From: Candidatus Moraniibacteriota bacterium
GTDB taxonomy: Bacteria > Patescibacteriota > Minisyncoccia > Moranbacterales > GCA-2747515
NCBI GenBank assembly: GCA_942490825.1
Contig: CALNYG010000015.1
Location: 24,073 to 88,072 of the forward strand
DNA: 64,000 bases
Reading direction: 5' to 3'
Below, piece by piece: positions 29,852 through 38,259 of the stretch; positions within the stretch are counted from its first letter, which is position 1; every line of letters starts with the position of its first letter. The notes under the pieces were generated by a model. That model was not told where the DNA came from and did not search any database. It saw only the letters and a program-made list of their open reading frames with translations. A program made the position numbers and the translations under genes.

Positions 29852-30595
29852 ATGAGTAAAGATATTTCTGAAAAAATTATTGATAAAATTAAAGAAGAAA
29901 AGATTAACCCTAAGCCCCATGTTTTTGATTATAGGAGTTTTCTTTTTTGGTTTATTTTTTCTTTCCTGATTATTTTAGGCGGAATTGCTTTTTCGTTGAT
30001 TTTAATTTCAATTCTTAGTTTTGGTCGAGAAAATTTCCAGTATGGATCAGGTGGGTTTTTGAAAATATTTTTTATGTCGATCCCGTATTTATGGGTAATT
30101 CTTTTTGGAATATTTGCTTATTTTGGTTTTAAAGCTTTTCGTTCGACAAATAAGGGTTATCGACAAAACTTTATTTTGATTTTGTTGATAATGTTTTTGG
30201 CTAGTTTTAGTTTAGGTGCGTTACTCCATATAGCTGGAGTGGATAAGCAAATGCATCAGGCTATGACAGATCGAGTACCACTTTATCATCAGTTGGCTCC
30301 GACTAAGGAAGGTCAATGGTCACGTCCTGGCATGGGGATGGTGGGTGGTCAGATAGTTAAAGCTGGAGATGACTTTATTGTTGTTCAAGATTTTAGAAGT
30401 AGAAAAACAATGGTTATTTATTCAGACGAAACTATTATTGGTGAAAAAGTTAAATTAGAAAAAGACGAGAGAGTTAGGATCGTTGGTGAAAGGATTGATA
30501 AAAAATCTTTTAGAGCAAAAGTGATTCAATCTTGGGAGGATGGGGATATGTTGTCGCCTCAAGAAAAAAATAAAATAAGATATTTTAGGAGGTAG
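29852..30595 (+). CDS. membrane protein, possible anti-sigma factor partner of the upstream ECF sigma
   Basis: Four predicted TM helices plus a soluble C-terminal domain. The role is inferred from position only. Confidence 0.4.
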   Translation: MSKDISEKIIDKIKEEKINPKPHVFDYRSFLFWFIFSFLIILGGIAFSLILISILSFGRENFQYGSGGFLKIFFMSIPYLWVILFGIFAYFGFKAFRSTNKGYRQNFILILLIMFLASFSLGALLHIAGVDKQMHQAMTDRVPLYHQLAPTKEGQWSRPGMGMVGGQIVKAGDDFIVVQDFRSRKTMVIYSDETIIGEKVKLEKDERVRIVGERIDKKSFRAKVIQSWEDGDMLSPQEKNKIRYFRR

Positions 30596-30622
30596 AATGA
30601 GATAGTTTTTAGATGAGTGAGT

Positions 30623-30647
30623 TAGAGGCATTGCATGGCAATGTCTT
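30623..30647. repeat. palindromic repeat family G, copy 2 (terminator-like)
   Basis: TAGAGGCATTGCAtgGCAATGTCTT followed by TTTTT. Confidence 0.7.
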
Positions 30648-30758
30648 TTTTAATAAAATAATATTGAAAGTTTAGGTACGTTTACCAGAGGTTATTTTAG
30701 TGGTATAATTCTTCAATAAATAAATTTAAAAAGTATATTTGATTTTTAAAAAAACATT

Positions 30759-31658
30759 ATGAAAAAAATATTAATTTTACTTGGGTTTCTGGTTATTTTA
30801 GTCGGGTGTGAAAAACAAACTCAAGAAAGTGTTTTTGATGAACAAGAAGTAAAGCAGTCAATAAAGGAAGAGATTGAGGAAATAGAAAATAAGATTAATT
30901 TAGAAAAAGGACCTTTATTTGCAGAGATTGAAAATGATACTCTTGGTAACAAAAAAAATGGAAAATATCAAAAATTATGCACTGTATTCAGTGAAGATAA
31001 TAAAAGAAAAGATTTGTTTTCATTTCAGGTCGCATCATTTGATGTTAGAGTTGTATATTTTAATGGAAGTTTATATTTTTCAAATGATGATAAAAATATA
31101 GAGGTTGTAAATATGAAAACTGGTGAAAGCAGCGTTTTAGGTATTGAAGATGTAGCAGATTTCATCATTTATGACAGCAATCTTTTTTATCTGAAGGGCG
31201 AATGTAGTTTTGGTAGTAGTTGTTCGTTAGGTTTATATGATATTTCTAACTCAAAGAATAAAATTATTTTATATGATTTAAATAAAAAAATAAGTACACA
31301 ATTTTGTTTTTTTTTTTTATGTAAATAATATGATAATAAAATAACCATTCTTGATAATAGTATTAATGATTATTTTGATTTTGGATTAGGAGATGATTTT
31401 TCTATTTATAATTTAAATTTAGAAAATAATAAACTATTAGAAGTGGGGAGTTTTGGTTATGAAGAGTGCGACTTTATAGAATGTACAGAAGAAATGCATA
31501 AAAAAAATAGTGAATATGTTGAGGCAAAGAAGTTATATAGAGTGCATAAAGGTGACTTTTGCAATGGAGTTAGTGTGGAGGATGAAATTTATTATCCAAA
31601 CTATAAGGCGGCTGGTAATGGAATGGGGAGTTTTGCTTATGTTGGTTGTGTAGAATAA
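30759..31658 (+). pseudogene. lipoprotein gene interrupted by one in-frame TAA (or two adjacent ORFs)
   Basis: Lipobox 'LVILVGC'. The reading frame continues in the same frame past TAA 31326-31328, which follows a T10 run at 31308-31317, to 31658 ('...YDNKITILDNSINDYFDFGLGDD...'). Confidence 0.45.
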
Positions 31659-31674
31659 AATTTAAATTTTAAAA

Positions 31675-31705
31675 AACCTCTTTCTTTAATGATTGAGGTT
31701 TTTTA
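31675..31705 (+). terminator. rho-independent terminator
   Basis: AACCTC-N14-GAGGTT plus a T run. Confidence 0.5.
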
Positions 31706-31732
31706 TTTTGGTTAAATTTATCTTTTAAGTTT

Positions 31733-31760
31733 ATGTACCATAGCCCATGTGGCGAGCACT
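31733..31760 (+). repeat. repeat family D, copy 5 (variant)
   Basis: ATGTACCATAGCCCATGTGGCGAGCACT. Confidence 0.75.
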
Positions 31761-31795
31761 ATATAATCTTTTAAATTATAAAATTTAATAAAACA

Positions 31796-31824
31796 AAAAG
31801 CAGACCTTTCGGTCTGCTTTTTTT
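31796..31824. terminator. bidirectional rho-independent terminator
   Basis: AAAAAGCAGACC-tttc-GGTCTGCTTTTTTT, 17 nt beyond the stop of the minus-strand helicase gene. Confidence 0.85.
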
Positions 31825-31840
31825 GAAACTTAAAGTTTAA

Positions 31841-33058
31841 TTAAAAACTTTTACTAGGAATGAATGTTAGTGCATTACCAGTTTTTCCAGCTCTACCAAC
31901 TCTACCAATGCGATGTACATAATCATCATAGCTTTGTGGAGTTGAGTAATTTATTACATGAGTAACATCTTTAATATCAATTCCACGAGCCGCTACATCA
32001 GTTGCAACTAAAATCCTTAACTGATTTCTTTTAAATCTGTCTAGAACACGTTTTCTTTGATTCTGATTTTTGTTTCCGTGAGTAGCATCAGCCTTAAAGC
32101 CTTTTTTAAATAACTCTTTGCTTAATTTATCAACACCTCTTTTCGTTTCATCAAAAATCAAGAATTTATTTTTCTTGTCTTCGTTTAATATTTTGTAAAG
32201 TTTATCAAATTTATCTTCTGGATTTTTATACTTCACAACATTTTGCTCAACGTTATCACTAGTATTTCCTGTTTTAACAGAAACAGTGACAGGTTTTTTA
32301 GAAAATTCTTGGATCAATTTTTCCACCTTCGGATTCATTGTAGCTGAGAAGAAAAATGATTGTTTTTTTGAAGAAAGTCGCATCAAAATATTTCGTACTT
32401 CATCAGAAAATCCCATATCAAGCATTCGATCAACCTCATCTAAAACTGCAGTGTCAAAATTTTCTAAATTCAAACTTCTTCGTTTTAAATGATCTTGAAT
32501 ACGCCCTGGTGTTCCAATAACAATTCTCGGGTTTTGACGAAGATCTCTAAGTTGAGCTGGCATTGAAGTTCCTCCAATTAATAGAGCCAAAAATAATTTT
32601 CCGCCAATAGTTAATGTTTTCATTTCTTCTAGGATCTGTTCCGCTAGTTCTCGAGTTGGTGCCATTATAAGCACTTTCGAGTCTTTATTCTCTAATAATT
32701 TGTGAATAATTGGAACTGAGAAAGCAACTGTTTTTCCCGTTCCTGTATTAGCGATACCGATCACATCACGACCTTCAAGTCCATGAGGAATTGATTGATC
32801 CTGAATAGGTGAGGGTGTTTTAAACCCTTTCTTTGCGATATTTCTCTTTAAAAGAGAATCTACCTGAAAACAATCGAAAGTGTTTTCAGCTTTATACTCT
32901 TCCTGATCTTCTACAGGAGAAGCTTTTTTAATAAATTTTGATGGATGAATATTTTCTTTCTGTGGTCCGCGTCGTCTTCCTCCGCCACCGCCAAATTTTT
33001 TGCCACCAAAATTATTGCGCCCTTTTTTATTAGAAGGACGTCTGTTTTCATAAGCCAT
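31841..33058 (-). CDS. DEAD-box ATP-dependent RNA helicase
   Basis: Q motif 'FKTPSPIQ', 'ANTGTGKT', 'PTRELA', 'DEVD', 'SAT', 'HRIGRVGRAG' and an N-terminal Gly/Arg-rich tail. Confidence 0.9.
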   Translation of the reverse strand: MAYENRRPSNKKGRNNFGGKKFGGGGGRRRGPQKENIHPSKFIKKASPVEDQEEYKAENTFDCFQVDSLLKRNIAKKGFKTPSPIQDQSIPHGLEGRDVIGIANTGTGKTVAFSVPIIHKLLENKDSKVLIMAPTRELAEQILEEMKTLTIGGKLFLALLIGGTSMPAQLRDLRQNPRIVIGTPGRIQDHLKRRSLNLENFDTAVLDEVDRMLDMGFSDEVRNILMRLSSKKQSFFFSATMNPKVEKLIQEFSKKPVTVSVKTGNTSDNVEQNVVKYKNPEDKFDKLYKILNEDKKNKFLIFDETKRGVDKLSKELFKKGFKADATHGNKNQNQRKRVLDRFKRNQLRILVATDVAARGIDIKDVTHVINYSTPQSYDDYVHRIGRVGRAGKTGNALTFIPSKSF

Positions 33059-33207
33059 AAATGGATTTTTTAGTAATTAATTATTTCATTGTTCTAAGAT
33101 GAACAGTGAGACAGTGCAATTACTCAAATTCATCATATTAACAAGTGTTTAATATAACATGTGTTAAATATTTTGTCAAGTAAATTTTTTTGAAAAGAAT
33201 TATTGTG

Positions 33208-33242
33208 CCTGTCTGCCGAACAGGCAGGATCGCCGCACGGGC
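33208..33242 (-). repeat. family E palindrome nested in an inverted family D copy
   Basis: CCTGTCTGCCGAACAGGCAGG followed by ATCGCCGCACGGGC. The mirror arrangement occurs at 55839-55876. Confidence 0.75.
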
Positions 33243-33257
33243 TTTTAAGTTTTTAAA

Positions 33258-33791
33258 TTAAGCTGTATTCATTAAAACTTTAGTTCGACATCTTTTATCA
33301 TATAAATTTATAGGACTGAAAAATGGCAAAGGAATTTCGTAATTTATTATGGTGTATTTTTTGACGTGTGGCGTTTCGAAAAGGTTAATATCAAAGTACA
33401 ATGTGTTTTTATTGCTATCTGAATTTATATAGGAATAATTTGCTGAGTTTATATTGTCATAAGATTTACCTAGTTCTTTTTTATAATAATTTTCTAAATA
33501 ATTTAAATCATCTTCAGAAATATTTTCAAAATGTAAATTTATATTGAAATTACATTTAGCTTTTGCATTGTCTCTGTTGCTTTTTGGAATTGCAAAATAT
33601 TCATTGCCATTGATACGATTGCTTTTTTGTGTGATCAAGTTTTCATTAAGGGGAAAATTAGAGCTTATCTCCTTTTCCATTTTTTTTAATAAATAATTAT
33701 TCATTTGATGAGCAATTATCGGACGAAGAATTATTAGTAAAATTAAAGCTATGATTAATATTAAAATATATTTTATATTTTTCTTTTCCAT
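33258..33791 (-). CDS. hypothetical N-terminally anchored protein
   Basis: Start moved to the internal Met ('MEKKNIKYILILII...') to avoid overlap with the upstream transporter. The tracked ORF extends to 33839. Confidence 0.45.
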   Translation of the reverse strand: MEKKNIKYILILIIALILLIILRPIIAHQMNNYLLKKMEKEISSNFPLNENLITQKSNRINGNEYFAIPKSNRDNAKAKCNFNINLHFENISEDDLNYLENYYKKELGKSYDNINSANYSYINSDSNKNTLYFDINLFETPHVKKYTIINYEIPLPFFSPINLYDKRCRTKVLMNTA

Positions 33792-33817
33792 ATTTTGTGA
33801 TTTTATAATTAATCTAA

Positions 33818-34753
33818 TTAGTTTAGTATAGACATCCAAAAAGGCAAAGTCAAAATAGACAAAATTGTACTTAATACAATAGAATGAGCAATAAACTTTT
33901 TATTTAAATTATATTCATCAGCTAATGCAAAAGGCGTGATTGCAGAAGGCATAGCTAATTCGATCATTGAAATTGAAAAATTTGAGGGAGTGGATCCAAA
34001 AAGTTTTAAAGTAAGATAAAATATTGCAGGTAAAATTACTAAGGTTACTATGGAGAACAAAAATACAAAAGCCCATTCAGAGGCTTTTCCTAATTTTGAA
34101 TTTCCAATAAAAAGACCAATTACTAATAAAACAATTGGAGTTACGGAAGCACTGATCATATGGATTGGTTTACCAAGAACCGCTAGGATTTCAATATTGA
34201 ATGCTCCAAAAATTATTCCTAAAATTATCGCAATTATAAGCGGTTTTTTAAGAAAATTTATAAATAGATGTTTAATAAAATGTTGATTATGGTGATTTGT
34301 TTTATGATCTAAATAACCAATTCCAACTGTGAATATCCAAAAAAAGTAAACGGCGATTAGAAGGCTGATTTGGGGAAGTGTTTCATTTCCATAAACTTGA
34401 GTAAGGATAGGTATTCCAAGATAGGCAATGTTTCCAAATGTTAAGCAGATAAAAAGTGTTAAAGAATTTTTTTCTTTTAGTTTAAAAATTTTACTGATTG
34501 TAATTATTGATGCGAATCCAATGAGAACGATTAAAGAGTTGGAAATTATTAACGGGATTTCTGCTTGAAATGAAAATGAAGTTTTAGCTAGTGCTGAGAA
34601 AATTAAAACGGGTAATCCAATTTTTAAAGCGTATTCATTTAAAGCTTTTGACCAGTAGTCGTGAATATAATTTAACTTTCTTAAAATTGCACTAGCAAAG
34701 ATTATTATGAACAAAGGGGAAATGACGTTTATTATTTGTAACATTTGAGACAT
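33818..34753 (-). CDS. AEC-family (auxin efflux carrier-like) membrane transporter
   Basis: 311 aa, about 10 TM helices, N-terminus 'VISPLFIIIFASAILRKL' typical of the family. Confidence 0.65.
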   Translation of the reverse strand: MSQMLQIINVISPLFIIIFASAILRKLNYIHDYWSKALNEYALKIGLPVLIFSALAKTSFSFQAEIPLIISNSLIVLIGFASIITISKIFKLKEKNSLTLFICLTFGNIAYLGIPILTQVYGNETLPQISLLIAVYFFWIFTVGIGYLDHKTNHHNQHFIKHLFINFLKKPLIIAIILGIIFGAFNIEILAVLGKPIHMISASVTPIVLLVIGLFIGNSKLGKASEWAFVFLFSIVTLVILPAIFYLTLKLFGSTPSNFSISMIELAMPSAITPFALADEYNLNKKFIAHSIVLSTILSILTLPFWMSILN

Positions 34754-34822
34754 TGTGTTTGTTATTTTGAAAGATTATATTTTAATTTTATCTTTAATTT
34801 TAGTACTTGGCAATCTTGGATT

Positions 34823-34852
34823 TGTAGAAACAAGGCATGCCTTGTTTCTACA
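34823..34852. repeat. 28-nt perfect palindrome, family H
   Basis: GTAGAAACAAGGCA|TGCCTTGTTTCTAC, the same GTAG...CTAC frame and length as family C. Confidence 0.8.
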
Positions 34853-34876
34853 CAGAGAGGGTGATATTTTGGGTTT

Positions 34877-34945
34877 TTTTGCAAAACTTTTTTAGAAATG
34901 TTATGGAATGGGTTGTAAAACCCGTTCCTGCGAAAAAACCTGTTC
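34877..34945 (+). repeat. repeat family I, copy 2
   Basis: ttttgcaaaacttttttagaaatgttatggaatGGGTTGTAAAACCCgttcctgcgaaaaaac, about 65 nt similar to 35883-35947. Confidence 0.75.
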
Positions 34946-35083
34946 TTACAAAATATTTTTATAAATTGGTTAAAGTGAAAACTTTTTATTTTTCTTGCGT
35001 ATTATTAGTTGAGACAAGGGAAATTGAAAAAGCTAGCATCAATTTTTCTTGAATTAAATTAAGTAATAAATAATTATAAGAAT

Positions 35084-35620
35084 ATGCAAAAAAGAAAAAT
35101 GATAATTCCTGCTCTAGTTTTAGGAGTAGCGACAGTGGTAGGTGTTTCTAGTTTTAGTAACGTTAGTGCTAATGAGGAATCACAATATTCACCGATTGTT
35201 CAAAGGATTGCAGAAAAGTTTAGTCTTAATCAAGATGATGTAGAACAGGTTTTCGAAGATGGTCGTGAAGAACATCGAGCGGAGATGAAAAAAAATAGAG
35301 AAGAACGATTGAGTGAATTAGTTAGTGAGGGGAAATTAACTGAGGATCAAAAAAATGCTTTAATTGCTAAGCAAGAAGAAAATAGAGTTAAAAGTGAAGA
35401 AAGAAGGAATGAATTTCAAAATCTTTCTCGAGAAGAGAGACAGGCAAAAATGAAGGAAAGTCGAGAGACTAATAAGGCGGAGATGGAAAAATTTGCTGAA
35501 GAACAGGGGATTGACTTGAAAGAATTGCATTCTGAAATGGGAGAAGGTTTTGGTGAGAGAAAAGGTAGAGGAAATGGGTCTGGTGGTCATGGTCAAGGAC
35601 GTGGAAATAACAGAGGCTAG
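35084..35620 (+). CDS. secreted highly charged (Glu/Arg/Lys-rich) protein with Gly-rich tail
   Basis: Signal peptide 'IIPALVLGVATVVGVSSFSNVSA', a coiled-coil-like body, and C-terminal 'GRGNGSGGHGQGRGNNRG'. Confidence 0.5.
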   Translation: MQKRKMIIPALVLGVATVVGVSSFSNVSANEESQYSPIVQRIAEKFSLNQDDVEQVFEDGREEHRAEMKKNREERLSELVSEGKLTEDQKNALIAKQEENRVKSEERRNEFQNLSREERQAKMKESRETNKAEMEKFAEEQGIDLKELHSEMGEGFGERKGRGNGSGGHGQGRGNNRG

Positions 35621-35648
35621 TTTTAAGTAAAAAATAGATTTTAAATTA

Positions 35649-35682
35649 CGGGGGTTGGCCAGTGGCTAACTCCTGTTTTTTG
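35649..35682 (+). terminator. rho-independent terminator
   Basis: GGGGTTGGCC-agt-GGCTAACTCC (with G:U pairs) plus a T run. Confidence 0.6.
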
Positions 35683-35701
35683 TTTTAAAAGTTGAGCTTT
35701 A

Positions 35702-35771
35702 TGATTTTCTGTGGGGGATTCTTCACTTCATAAATTTTTTGTAAAAAAATTTATTACGTTCAGAATGACAG
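35702..35771 (+). repeat. repeat family A, copy 5
   Basis: tgattttctgtggggGATTCTTCACt, hairpin ATAAATTTTTT/AAAAAATTTAT, then tACGTTCAGAATGACAG. Confidence 0.85.
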
Positions 35772-35785
35772 TAAAATTTTAAATT

Positions 35786-35813
35786 ATGTATCATAGCCTG
35801 TGCGGCGAGCACT
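35786..35813 (+). repeat. repeat family D, copy 7
   Basis: ATGTATCATAGCCTGTGCGGCGAGCACT. Confidence 0.85.
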
Positions 35814-35882
35814 TTTTGTAGGAGTTAGTTTTACAACTGGCTCTAAAATGTTTTTGTTGCGTTAAATTATATTTTTAAAATT

Positions 35883-35947
35883 TTTTGTAAAACTATTTTA
35901 GAAACGTTTTGAAACGGATTGTAAAATCAGTTCCTGCTACAAAAAAA
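35883..35947 (+). repeat. repeat family I, copy 3
   Basis: ttttgtaaaactattttagaaacgttttgaaacGGATTGTAAAATCAgttcctgctacaaaaaa. Confidence 0.7.
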
Positions 35948-36001
35948 TTTTTATTTTATGCTAGAATATAGTTATAATTTTAGGAATTAATTTTTTGTTT
36001 T

Positions 36002-36592
36002 ATGGAGGGACAAATGATAGTTCAGTTTTTGACTGATTATGGGTATTGGGTAATTTTGCCTTTGATGATTATTGAAGGTCCGATCGTTACTATTTTGGCG
36101 GCGTTTATGGCGACACAGGGAATTTTTGATGTTAGGGTGGTTTTGGTTCTTTCGATTATTGGGGATATTACTGGGGATATTATGCTTTATGCTGTGGGGC
36201 GTGTTTGGGGAATGACTTTTGTTAGGCGGGTTGGAAAGTATATGGGAATTACGGAAAGTTTGGTTTTGAAAATGAAAGTTTTTTTTGAAAGGCATGGTGG
36301 GAAGACTATTTTTTCGGTTAAATCTACGACTGGTTTGTGCTGGGCGACTTGGGTGGCGGCTGGTATTGTGAAGATGAACTTTGGTAAATTTGTTTGGTAT
36401 TCTTTTTTGGGTGGTATTGTGTGGAGTGCGTTTTTGGTTTTTATGGGTTATTTTTTTGGTGAGTTTTATGCTCAGATTGAGGAGGGGATTAAGTTTGCGG
36501 GTTGGATTGTTTTGGGGATTGCGATTGGGGTTATTGTGGTGATTAATGTTTATAAGAAAAAGAAGAGCGAGGATTTGTTTGAGAAAGAATAA
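36002..36592 (+). CDS. DedA-family membrane protein
   Basis: 'YGYWVILPLMIIEGPIVTILAAFMA' and 'GRVWG...' are typical DedA/SNARE-associated motifs. Confidence 0.8.
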   Translation: MEGQMIVQFLTDYGYWVILPLMIIEGPIVTILAAFMATQGIFDVRVVLVLSIIGDITGDIMLYAVGRVWGMTFVRRVGKYMGITESLVLKMKVFFERHGGKTIFSVKSTTGLCWATWVAAGIVKMNFGKFVWYSFLGGIVWSAFLVFMGYFFGEFYAQIEEGIKFAGWIVLGIAIGVIVVINVYKKKKSEDLFEKE

Positions 36593-36615
36593 GTTTTTAA
36601 ATTTAAAATTATTTT

Positions 36616-37464
36616 ATGTCAATTTGGTTTTTAGATGCAGTTTTAGTTACAATATCAATTGGCTCAATTGCTTTTATAAATAAAGTTTCTGCAGAAAGAA
36701 AATATAATCAAATGTTTTCTACCTCAATTTTATACGGCATTTTATGTGTTTTTTCTTGGATTTATTTAATCTTTTGTAAATCAAGTTTGATAAGTGGTTG
36801 GGAAATAGGTTTAGTTATGTTTTGGGGTGTTTTATCTTGTCTGTATTCAATTATAATGATGACAGCATTAAGGCATTTGCCAACTTCTACTTATTTTGTG
36901 GGCGTCAGATTATTATCATCTTTTATAATTTTATTGGTTGGTATTATTTTTTTCAATGAGTCGTTATCTTTTTATGAAGTTACAGGTTTTATTCTTGGAA
37001 TTATTTCTATTACATTACTTTTTGAAAAAGAGGGAAAATTTAGTATAAATTATAGCAAGGGAACTCTTATGTTATTTCTTGGAGTGTTAAATTTAAGCAC
37101 AACTCATGCTATAACAAAATTTTTATCTCTTGATTCAGAAAAAACACCAATGGTTCTAGCAGTCTTATTTACTACATCTTTTTTGTTTTCTTTGCTATTA
37201 AGTTTTAATATTATATGTAAAAATAAAAAATATTTTTTCCCAATATTTAAAATTAATTTTATACAAGCAGTTTTTTATTTTTTTGGAATGGTGATGTTAA
37301 TGGATGTTTATAGGAATGGTAGTTTAGTGATTTCTTATAAAATACAATCATATTCACCATTTATTCCAATAATTTTATCGGCTTTTATTTATAAAGAGAA
37401 AATTAGTACAAAGAAAAAAATTGCTTTAATTTTAGTTGCAGTTAGTCTATGGTTTTTTCATTAG
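36616..37464 (+). CDS. polytopic membrane protein, DMT/EamA-like transporter
   Basis: 282 aa, about 10 TM helices in two halves. Assignment rests on topology only. Confidence 0.45.
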   Translation: MSIWFLDAVLVTISIGSIAFINKVSAERKYNQMFSTSILYGILCVFSWIYLIFCKSSLISGWEIGLVMFWGVLSCLYSIIMMTALRHLPTSTYFVGVRLLSSFIILLVGIIFFNESLSFYEVTGFILGIISITLLFEKEGKFSINYSKGTLMLFLGVLNLSTTHAITKFLSLDSEKTPMVLAVLFTTSFLFSLLLSFNIICKNKKYFFPIFKINFIQAVFYFFGMVMLMDVYRNGSLVISYKIQSYSPFIPIILSAFIYKEKISTKKKIALILVAVSLWFFH

Positions 37465-37473
37465 AATAAAAAA

Positions 37474-38181
37474 ATGAGTGAAAATATTTATAAATTTAAT
37501 TTTAAAGCAGATTTAGAATCTTTGTCTGCAATAAAAGTTGCAAGTAGTGAAAATGATAAACCAAGTATTTTGTTTCTCCATGGAGGAGGTCAAGCTGATA
37601 AATATCGAACATTATATTTAGCTGAAAAATTATCAGAAAAAAATATAAATTCACTTGCTTTTGATCATAGTGGTAGCGGAGAGAGCTCTGGAAAAATGAG
37701 TAATTCTAGTCTTAAGAAAAGATTTGAGGAAAGTGAAAAGGCTTTGAGTTTTTGTTCAAATTCAGAACTAACTGTTTGTGGATCAAGTATGGGTGCTTAT
37801 GTAGCTTTGAAAACTTTAGAACTAGACTTGAATATAAAAAATTTGATTTTATTTTGTCCAGCGGTTTATGACAGAAAAGCTTTTGAAATTAATTTTGATG
37901 ATGATTTTACAAATATTATTCGTAAAAAATAAAGTTGGAAAAATTCTGATGTCTTTAATTTACTTGAAAATTTTAAAGGTAATTTATTGATTGTAATTGG
38001 CGAGGATGATGAAGTTATTCCAGATGGCGTGATTGAGCTTTTGGATAAGCATTCTTCAAAAGTAAACAAAAAGAAAATAGTTAAACTTAAAGGCGTTAGT
38101 CATAGCGTTCATAAAGAACTTGCTGAAAAAAATGGCTTGGCAAATTTCGTAGTGAAGGAAATTTTAGAAAGTAGTAGTTAA
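37474..38181 (+). pseudogene. alpha/beta-hydrolase interrupted by one in-frame TAA
   Basis: 'ILFLHGGGQ', nucleophile elbow 'GSSMGA', TAA at 37930-37932 after an A run. The same frame resumes 'SWKNSDVFNLL...LLIVIGEDDEVIP...GVSHSVH', which contains the catalytic Asp/His region. Confidence 0.6.
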
Positions 38182-38259
38182 ATTTTTGTTTTATTGAAAA
38201 TGTTGTTATAATTAATATAATCATTTCTTAAAAATAAATAATTAAACTTTATAAATAAT

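Noticed and set aside
34837-35052. 71-aa ORF upstream of 35084
   Set aside because: It is built from the family H palindrome and a family I repeat, and has no start context.
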